Below, in pieces: positions 53,686 to 59,804 of a stretch of DNA of 59,804 bases (within the stretch, counting starts at the first letter, position 1; every line of letters begins with the position of its first letter). Position numbers and translations under genes: made by a program. Source of the DNA: Desulfurococcales archaeon (GTDB lineage Archaea; Thermoproteota; Thermoprotei_A; Sulfolobales; NBVN01). The stretch lies in assembly GCA_027064885.1 (NCBI GenBank), contig JAMOOZ010000044.1, forward strand, positions 1 to 59,804, read 5' to 3'. The notes beneath the pieces are model-generated. The model was given only the letters and a program-made list of their open reading frames with translations, did not search any database and was not told where the DNA came from.

Positions 53686-54355
53686 GGCTGGGCGAGGCCC
53701 CGTTATAGGAGATATGTTTGTTGCCGGGGTCGCCGTTGATCCCCGCATGCTTCAGAGACTGTGTGAACTTGGGATCAGGGATAGTAAAGAACTCACTCCA
53801 AGTGCAAGGTCTAGACTGGTGATAACCGTCCTGAAGTATGCCGAAGCAGTCATAGTTAAGCGTTTCCCTCCATCGGTTATCGATAAGACAAACATCAACG
53901 TGTTATACGCTAAGTCCGTAATTGATTTAGTAAATAATATTTCACGTATGGGGCTACAAATTAAGAAAATCTACGTTGACGCCGTGACGGGTAGAAAAGC
54001 CCTCGCCATACTTAAGGGAGGAATAAGTAGGGTACCATTTGTACTGGAACCTAAGGCCGATAGGAAATACGTTGTTGTTGGAGCTGCGTCAATAGTGGCT
54101 AAGTTTCTCAGAGACCTTCACGTGTCGAAACTCAAGGAAACTTACGGTGACTTTGGAAGCGGATACCCGGCTGACCCTAGAACCATAGAGTGGCTCGAGA
54201 AACACCTAATCGATATTGATTCTTCAACAGTAGTACCCTCAATTATCAGGCGGTCTTGGGGTACACTAAAAAGATTCGGTATAACGGTTACCAAGAAGAA
54301 GCAGAATCGTAGACTAAGTAGGTGGTTCAAAAACTCTAAGGGTGAAGCGTTGTGA
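53642..54355 (+). CDS. rnhB: ribonuclease HII
   Basis: VLGIDEAGRGPVIGDMFVAGV, YVDA, ASIVAK, GSGYPADP. Confidence 0.9.
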   Translation: MRGEGSRTVVLGIDEAGRGPVIGDMFVAGVAVDPRMLQRLCELGIRDSKELTPSARSRLVITVLKYAEAVIVKRFPPSVIDKTNINVLYAKSVIDLVNNISRMGLQIKKIYVDAVTGRKALAILKGGISRVPFVLEPKADRKYVVVGAASIVAKFLRDLHVSKLKETYGDFGSGYPADPRTIEWLEKHLIDIDSSTVVPSIIRRSWGTLKRFGITVTKKKQNRRLSRWFKNSKGEAL

Positions 54356-54416
54356 GGTTATTTAATCCATTATATTAAAAGGTACAGAGGCAAAAAAGAA
54401 ATCTTAGGGTGCTGAC

Positions 54417-55613
54417 GTGCCAACTAACTTGCCAGCTGAAGCTAGGGCAAAGTGGGTTAAATACCTAGAGGCTAGAACGCCTGAGGAGAAGCTAAGGGCT
54501 TTGGAGGAGTACTTATCAGCCATACCGAAGCATAAGGGTACAGAGAACCTGAGATCTTGGGTTAGAAGAAAGATCGCTGAATTAAGGGAAGAGATCGAGG
54601 AGCGTAAAGCTAGGAGAGCGGGCACGGGAGCACCGAGCTTTTTCATAGAGAAAGAAGGGGCTGCTCAGGTAGTAATGCTGGGGCTACCTAACTCTGGAAA
54701 GAGTGCGTTGCTTTCCGCTTTGACAAACGCTAAACCGGACGTAAGCGAGGTACCCTTTACAACTAAGTTCCCGGTGCCTGGAATGCTGAAGTTCGAGGAC
54801 ATACAGTTCCAGCTAGTGGAGGCACCAGCGATCATTGAGGGTGCTTCGCGAGGAGCAATTTGGTGGGGATCTAGAGTTCTTGGGTTAGCACGTAATGCAG
54901 ACGCCATAATGTTTGTCGTAGATCTATCTAACAAACCATTGAAGCAACTTAAGGTACTCTGTAAGGAGCTTTCCGAAGCTGGAATATACATAATCAAGCC
55001 TAGGGGTAGGGTTAGGATAGAAAAGACTAAGGCTGCACAAGGAATAAAGGTTATCAGTTATGGAAGGCTAGAGGGCTGCACAGCCGATGACGTCAGAAAG
55101 CTACTAGAGAGCTACAAGATATATAACGCTATAGTGAAGATCTATGGGCACGTGACCCTAGACGACGTTGAGAAAGCTATTTACGAAAGAGTTACGTTCA
55201 AGCCCTCATTGATAGTGCTCACGAAGAAAGACCGTGTGACTCAAGAGTATATAGAGAAAGTGAAGATGCTGATAAGTAGAGTATTGCCTAACGTACCTAC
55301 AGTAATTACTTCAGCGATTAGAGAGGAAGGACTGAACATTATACCCAAGACTATCTTCGATATTGTCGGAATAATTAGGATCTACACGAAAGAGCCTAAC
55401 TCCCCTAAACCTTCGACCGAGCCAATGATACTTAAGGCAGGAGCTACTGTTGAAGATGCTGTGAAACGTATTCGAGAGGAGTTTTTAAGGTACTTCAAGT
55501 ACGCAAGAATCTGGGGTCCCTCCGCTAATTACCCAGGCGAGCGTGTTGGTTTAGATCACGTGCTAAGGGACGGTGACATCATAGAAATAAGGACTAAAAT
55601 CAAAGGTATATGA
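54417..55613 (+). CDS. DRG/Obg-like GTPase with a C-terminal TGS domain
   Basis: G1 GLPNSGKS, G2 FTT, IEGAS, TKKD; C-terminal TGS-like ...RDGDIIEI; GTG start. Confidence 0.8.
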   Translation: MPTNLPAEARAKWVKYLEARTPEEKLRALEEYLSAIPKHKGTENLRSWVRRKIAELREEIEERKARRAGTGAPSFFIEKEGAAQVVMLGLPNSGKSALLSALTNAKPDVSEVPFTTKFPVPGMLKFEDIQFQLVEAPAIIEGASRGAIWWGSRVLGLARNADAIMFVVDLSNKPLKQLKVLCKELSEAGIYIIKPRGRVRIEKTKAAQGIKVISYGRLEGCTADDVRKLLESYKIYNAIVKIYGHVTLDDVEKAIYERVTFKPSLIVLTKKDRVTQEYIEKVKMLISRVLPNVPTVITSAIREEGLNIIPKTIFDIVGIIRIYTKEPNSPKPSTEPMILKAGATVEDAVKRIREEFLRYFKYARIWGPSANYPGERVGLDHVLRDGDIIEIRTKIKGI

Positions 55614-55652
55614 GGTTCCATTACATGGTCGACTTAATCAATTGTATGTGCG

Positions 55653-56465
55653 GTGAGGCTTAAACTCATGGTGAAGAAAAGAAAAAAGAAGAATAACAAG
55701 AATGCTCAGGCTAAGGCAAAGAAAGCCCGGAGAAAGAAAAGACGTGAAGTAAACATAGAGGCATGGATAGATAAGTACATAATGGATTTTGTAAGCCTAA
55801 CGGGTCTAGACATCTTAGGACTAAGTGAAAAACAATACAAGGAACTTCTTTCAGATATAATAATAGAACTATACGGTTCACTTGCGTCATATAGCAACGT
55901 TAAGGTCGTAGCTAAGAGGTACCTAAGGGCCCGCGATAAAATTAATGAGGTGATCGCCGCTAGGTTAGCGTTTATGGTGGACGAGCTGTCACCAGAGCAA
56001 CTAGAGTTCATAGTTTTCAATATAGGTGTGAATACCGCATTAAGCGTTATACCACGCATTTACGGATTTCTGAAAAAACTTAAAAGAAACGATCTGCTTG
56101 ACGTACTACGTGTTAAGTGGAGAAATTCCTGGCTTAAGAAAAAATACGTTGTCCTACCACCGCAGTGCCCGTGTTGCGGTTTCAATTCGTTAATGCGTGA
56201 TTTAAATTGCTTAGTATGCGGAGCGCTAGTTAGCGAGAAAGACATAGTAAGCAGTAAGGATTTCAAAACGAAATTTGTTGAGTTAGTAAAGACACTTGAT
56301 TGCGAAGAGCTAAAGAAAATGTTGAAGCATGACATCGTCTTATACAACGATAGCGAGGTCAAGTTATCAACTCAAGGAAGGTTGCCTGTTGACGTTGAAG
56401 TCTACATACCTCAAAGTTTGAAGAACATAATAAGGTCGGAAATGAAGGAAAGATGTGAGGGGTAA
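55653..56465 (+). CDS. hypothetical protein (Lys-rich N-terminus, internal Zn ribbon)
   Basis: KKRKKKNNKNAQAKAKKARRKKRR N-terminus; CPCCG...CLVCG; no family recognised. Confidence 0.5.
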   Translation: MRLKLMVKKRKKKNNKNAQAKAKKARRKKRREVNIEAWIDKYIMDFVSLTGLDILGLSEKQYKELLSDIIIELYGSLASYSNVKVVAKRYLRARDKINEVIAARLAFMVDELSPEQLEFIVFNIGVNTALSVIPRIYGFLKKLKRNDLLDVLRVKWRNSWLKKKYVVLPPQCPCCGFNSLMRDLNCLVCGALVSEKDIVSSKDFKTKFVELVKTLDCEELKKMLKHDIVLYNDSEVKLSTQGRLPVDVEVYIPQSLKNIIRSEMKERCEG

Positions 56466-56467
56466 AG

Positions 56468-56800
56468 TTGCCGTTAGTGCTTAGGGACATTAACGACGCT
56501 AAGAAGGAAGTGTATTCCAGGAAGACAATATTTCTTGCCCTAGCAGACCTAGATACAGAGAAGGGAAGACAGATATTGCATTTACTTAATAGATTGGAGA
56601 CTGCTTTTAGAAATTACATGAGCTTCGCTATACTACATGTCGAGGGATGTGAACCCTCAGTATCATTATTTCTTGAAGGGCGAGAAATACTACGGCAGGA
56701 TTCATTCTTCGGAAATACGGAGAAAGATTATAATGCGCTTAGGATGAGCTTATGGAGTATACTAAAGGATTACAACCTCGATAGAGAAAAGTTGCACTGA
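56468..56800 (+). CDS. hypothetical protein (possibly a thioredoxin-like fold without CxxC)
   Basis: 110-aa ORF, 2 intervening nt (56466-56467) after the previous gene; the fold guess rests only on the beta-alpha-beta pattern. Confidence 0.4.
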   Translation: MPLVLRDINDAKKEVYSRKTIFLALADLDTEKGRQILHLLNRLETAFRNYMSFAILHVEGCEPSVSLFLEGREILRQDSFFGNTEKDYNALRMSLWSILKDYNLDREKLH

Positions 56801-56805
56801 ATGCA

Positions 56806-57201
56806 TTACTTGCTATCAAGTAGCCATTTAGCAATATCTAATATATATTGAGAAGGTACACGGTCATTAATTACTGGTACGCCCTCGAGAGTAAGGAGCT
56901 TTCTCTTCATGTTATCTGCACGCTTACCATATAGTGTGTAACCACCAATACGACCGTCGGACCTCACCACCCTATGACACGGATAAATTATTGGTTTCCT
57001 ATTTCTCCTTAATATGTGTGCGATTACTCTAGGATGGATGTTAAGTAGCTGCGCAACGCTTGAATAGGTCGTTACACTACCTATGGGCACGAGCTGTATC
57101 AGAGTCAATGCTAGTTCTTCTGCAATGTCTTTGCTAAAGCGGCATTCACGCAACGATGCACCGTCGTATGTAATACATGAAACACCCTGACTTTTCATCA
57201 T
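56806..57201 (-). CDS. ogt: methylated-DNA-protein-cysteine methyltransferase (Ogt/MGMT), short form
   Basis: VTTYSSVA..., active site IYPCHRVV, GGY... Confidence 0.8.
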   Translation of the reverse strand: MMKSQGVSCITYDGASLRECRFSKDIAEELALTLIQLVPIGSVTTYSSVAQLLNIHPRVIAHILRRNRKPIIYPCHRVVRSDGRIGGYTLYGKRADNMKRKLLTLEGVPVINDRVPSQYILDIAKWLLDSK

Positions 57202-57314
57202 TTACCCTCTAGTATCGAAGTAACATCCCTTAAAGCTAAGTTTTAACTTCAATTAAGAGAATTAAAAATAGGGAGGTATTTTATACTGTCTATGACTTAC
57301 AGCGCTCTGTAGGG

Positions 57315-57563
57315 TTAAGCTCCTTCAAATGCTTTCTTTGCCTTGATGGTTATGACACCGCGTTCCTCATCGCGTTCAACAATGAATTCCGTTCCCCATT
57401 TCTCTACCATGTTTTTAGGTAGATACAGATTTAACGGTAACGTGAAGTATTCGTATGTATACACCTTCCCCTTCACAACCTTCTTGCCTATTACTTTTCT
57501 TGCTGTTGCTGTTCTTCTCATGATAGACATAACACTCACCGAGTAAGTGTTTACGCATGCCAT
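57315..57563 (-). CDS. small putative DNA-binding protein (AbrB/SpoVT-like pattern)
   Basis: LYLPKNMVEKWGTEFIVERDEERGVITIKA fits the loose SpoVT/AbrB pattern; the start may be M12 (57530). Confidence 0.4.
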   Translation of the reverse strand: MACVNTYSVSVMSIMRRTATARKVIGKKVVKGKVYTYEYFTLPLNLYLPKNMVEKWGTEFIVERDEERGVITIKAKKAFEGA

Positions 57564-57571
57564 TTATTAAG

Positions 57572-57613
57572 ACTACATTACATGAATGTGAAAATAGGGT
57601 TTAAAAATGTAGT
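57572..57613. repeat. nested inverted repeats ACTACATT...AATGTAGT and ACATT-acatg-AATGT upstream of the small gene
   Basis: Read directly: ACTACATT 57572-57579 and AATGTAGT 57606-57613; inner ACATT 57575-57579 and AATGT 57585-57589. Confidence 0.6.
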
Positions 57614-57691
57614 GCAACTATGAACACCACTTAATCTATAACGAAAACAAATAAGGGAACCTTATAGAAGTTTCATTATAGATTCTAGTGT

Positions 57692-59278
57692 TCAGTTTAT
57701 TGCCTTTTCACTACCTAAGTAACCGTGCCATGTAAATAATTCATCGTCTTGAACGTAGTCCTTAGCTGTTTTGAGAGCAGTGTAAGCCTTACTTAATTCA
57801 AAGCCTAGGTACATTGCGTGCTCGGCAGTTAGCCCGATCTCGCGTACTATTGCTCTTCCTAAGTCGAGGGGGTTCCTTCCCTCATATCTTACTACTTCCC
57901 CTTTACAATACACATCAACGATTATCCTCTGCGCCTCCCGATTGACGTATAGCTTGACATAGACTTCCTCCATTCTTGGCGGTATAGCTTCCTCCACTGC
58001 TTTCCTCCTACTCACTAAGCACTCAGAGCTAGGTTGCACCTCTCTCTTTCTTTTATCTTTGAGAATTAGAAGATTATAAAGCGTGTCTTTAGGTGGTGAC
58101 TTCCTAGTAAAGGCTTCATAAATCATTTTCCTAGCATACGCGGCTTCCTCTGCTGCTCCGCAAGCCTTACGGCTTGCTTCAGTGATTAGCAGGTTACTGA
58201 CCCCGACCTCAAATAGCAAAGCTGTTAGGAGTGCTATTATACCTGGACTGTCAGCATCCATCAATTCATAGACATTACAAGGACCAGCAAGGAACGGATA
58301 TTTTATTAACGATACCGCGTCCTTTAATAGTATTAAGCTCTGAGATAAGCCAAGAAGTGGAGGCTTTAATACCGGGTCTATTACTAATTTCCTAAGACCC
58401 GCGTTTTCGGCAAGCTTAACTGCTTTTCTTATAGAATTAATCGCTTCTGATAATGAATTCGTTCTCTCAGGAACGAGCACTAATACTGTATTTCTCTGAA
58501 CACGTCGCGCAATGATCTCTACGTGCTCGGCTGTGACGTTCAGTATTATGTCCGCTAGCTTAAGGACCTCTTTGGGTACCTCACTGAGTTCGTATACGTC
58601 TATCCCTGCTAGCAGTCCGTGCTTCTTTACTTCCAGCATCTTTGCTTGCATATCACCATAGCAACAGTTTTCGACATCGCAACCAATAATTACGCCACTA
58701 TACCCAAGCTTTGCTAAGGCTTCAACTAAGGTACTAAAATTCTTGAACCTATGTAATCGACAATTAGAAAATGCTGCAGGGCATAATTCATAAAATAAGT
58801 TTAATGGCGGAGGTCTTAGGGTAAATGTCACATTCCTTATTTTGAAACATGGCTTCACATCGCTCAATTTTTTGAGTAAACGATTCAAACGCCTCCTGCC
58901 GTCAACTGCAATCACATCATCCGCTGGCACGTCCGTACTGAAACGCATACCCTTCTTTAACAAGGCTATCATATCCGGCAGATCACCTACGTATTTAGGA
59001 CCCTTAACTACAGGTACGCCAAGAACTTCCTCTAGTTTTCTTGCTGACCCTCTCAACATGCCTGGCAGTATTACTAGATCCGTGTTCTCTATCTGCTTCT
59101 TATGCTTCAGTAAGTCATTTAAAATGCTCTCAGTTGATGCTAAGGATGCCACCGGGACTGAAGTTATTATAATTTCTACCTTTAAGTCATTATAGTTATC
59201 CAGTAGTTCCCTAGCTATGCTTTCTACTAATTCTTTTGCCGATGTCGTGGTTACCAGGACTACCTTCGTGGCAATCAC
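57692..59278 (-). CDS. dihydropteroate synthase-like protein with a C-terminal DUF4346-like domain (MJ0107-type)
   Basis: Pterin-binding-barrel-like segment (LVIDPVL...GLSQSL...PFLAGPCNVYELMDADSPGIIALLTALLFEVGVSNLLITE) and a C-terminal LGRAIVREIGLTAEHAMYLGFELSKA block. Confidence 0.55.
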   Translation of the reverse strand: MIATKVVLVTTTSAKELVESIARELLDNYNDLKVEIIITSVPVASLASTESILNDLLKHKKQIENTDLVILPGMLRGSARKLEEVLGVPVVKGPKYVGDLPDMIALLKKGMRFSTDVPADDVIAVDGRRRLNRLLKKLSDVKPCFKIRNVTFTLRPPPLNLFYELCPAAFSNCRLHRFKNFSTLVEALAKLGYSGVIIGCDVENCCYGDMQAKMLEVKKHGLLAGIDVYELSEVPKEVLKLADIILNVTAEHVEIIARRVQRNTVLVLVPERTNSLSEAINSIRKAVKLAENAGLRKLVIDPVLKPPLLGLSQSLILLKDAVSLIKYPFLAGPCNVYELMDADSPGIIALLTALLFEVGVSNLLITEASRKACGAAEEAAYARKMIYEAFTRKSPPKDTLYNLLILKDKRKREVQPSSECLVSRRKAVEEAIPPRMEEVYVKLYVNREAQRIIVDVYCKGEVVRYEGRNPLDLGRAIVREIGLTAEHAMYLGFELSKAYTALKTAKDYVQDDELFTWHGYLGSEKAIN

Positions 59279-59333
59279 TCATAGTGTGAAGCGGGTCGCA
59301 CGAAATATAAATTTTCGCGTGAGAAACACCTCT

Positions 59334-59636
59334 ATGGTGAGTTCACTGCGCGAGCGAATAGAGGTTCTCCGCCTTGAAGGACTGGCGTTAAATGGGTTCG
59401 TAACCTCAGCTAAGCTTGAGAAGTGCGGAGAGAGTAATTTATTCAAAATAGTTGCCGTGCTAGATAATGGCGATGTTGTTGAAACTGAATGCATGGAGCA
59501 TGAAAGAGTAAGTAGAACGTTTATAGTGATTACAAGGTATAGAGAGTGGGGAAGAATCCTAGCGAAAAAAGAATACGCCGAAGAAATGATGAAAGGTATT
59601 ACATATGACCTTGATCACAGAAATGCGGAGGGATGA
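59334..59636 (+). CDS. hypothetical protein
   Basis: 100 aa from MVSSLRERIEV; A/T box gaaatataaatttt centred about 26 nt upstream of this ATG (leaderless-type); the longer ORF-track start would overlap the divergent gene. Confidence 0.45.
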   Translation: MVSSLRERIEVLRLEGLALNGFVTSAKLEKCGESNLFKIVAVLDNGDVVETECMEHERVSRTFIVITRYREWGRILAKKEYAEEMMKGITYDLDHRNAEG

Positions 59637-59804
59637 TTAGGGCACCAGACACTGATCTACATAAATTATGGTTTTTGAACTACAGTTAACAACCAAGTAG
59701 TATGGGACTGCCTTGCTTTAACATCGTTGTTCTACTGTGAATTAAACTTTAGGGGCAGTATGTTTGGGGCTCACAAAGTAGACAAAGGGTAGGCATTGGT
59801 GATT

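Noticed and set aside
1-59804. CRISPR arrays, cas genes, transposases/integrases, toxin-antitoxin pairs, restriction-modification or other defence islands, rRNA/tRNA genes
   Set aside because: I looked for regularly spaced repeats, IS-like terminal repeats, recombinase/transposase motifs and tRNA T-loop signatures in the intergenic regions, and found none. The largest non-coding gaps (6344-6723, 43200-43478, 18072-18277, 11614-11803) are accounted for by promoters and the sRNA candidates. Coding regions were not scanned exhaustively.

Overview
This is a densely packed core-chromosome segment of a hyperthermophilic crenarchaeon (Thermoproteota), with about 70 protein genes, many overlapping by 1-50 nt. 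Reverse gyrase, cdvABC, thermosome, two Alba paralogues and Sm proteins together suggest a Desulfurococcales/Sulfolobales-like lineage; the species cannot be determined from the sequence alone.

Content:
- A rearranged large ribosomal-protein cluster. L24-L14-S17-Rpp29-L29-S3-L22 and S19 lie on the minus strand and L3-L4-L23-L2 on the plus strand. rtcB plus an unknown ORF sit on the opposite strand between L22 and S19.
- The cell-division operon cdvA-cdvB-cdvC.
- Enolase, a topo III-like type IA topoisomerase, reverse gyrase, thermosome, Rio2, archaeal SAM synthetase, Nnr, CTP synthase, indolepyruvate:ferredoxin oxidoreductase, XPB helicase, TIP49/RuvBL, phosphohexomutase, RNase HII, DRG GTPase, Ogt and a DHPS-like protein.
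- I found no rRNA, tRNA, CRISPR array, integrase/transposase or recognisable defence island.

Structure not explained by the ORF track:
- Five C/D-box sRNA candidates in intergenic gaps, at about 6.6, 18.2, 25.7, 31.2 and 43.4 kb.
- A 45-codon K/R-rich micro-ORF next to the L3 operon.
- A near-identical 18-19 nt motif upstream of two redox genes.
- Several palindromes and inverted repeats in promoter regions.

I do not see a clear-cut novel multi-gene system. The best candidates for something undescribed are:
1. The 24.5-26.6 kb RNA-centred cluster: an acidic helical ORF, a degenerate PP-loop/Ncs6-like pseudoenzyme, a tandem Sm/Hfq-like protein, an ASCH protein and an antisense C/D sRNA.
2. 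The basic 131-aa ORF coupled to rtcB.
3. The translationally overlapping Rio2-DUF460 (RNase H-like) pair.

All product calls come from by-eye motif and family recognition on the supplied translations. No database searches were run.
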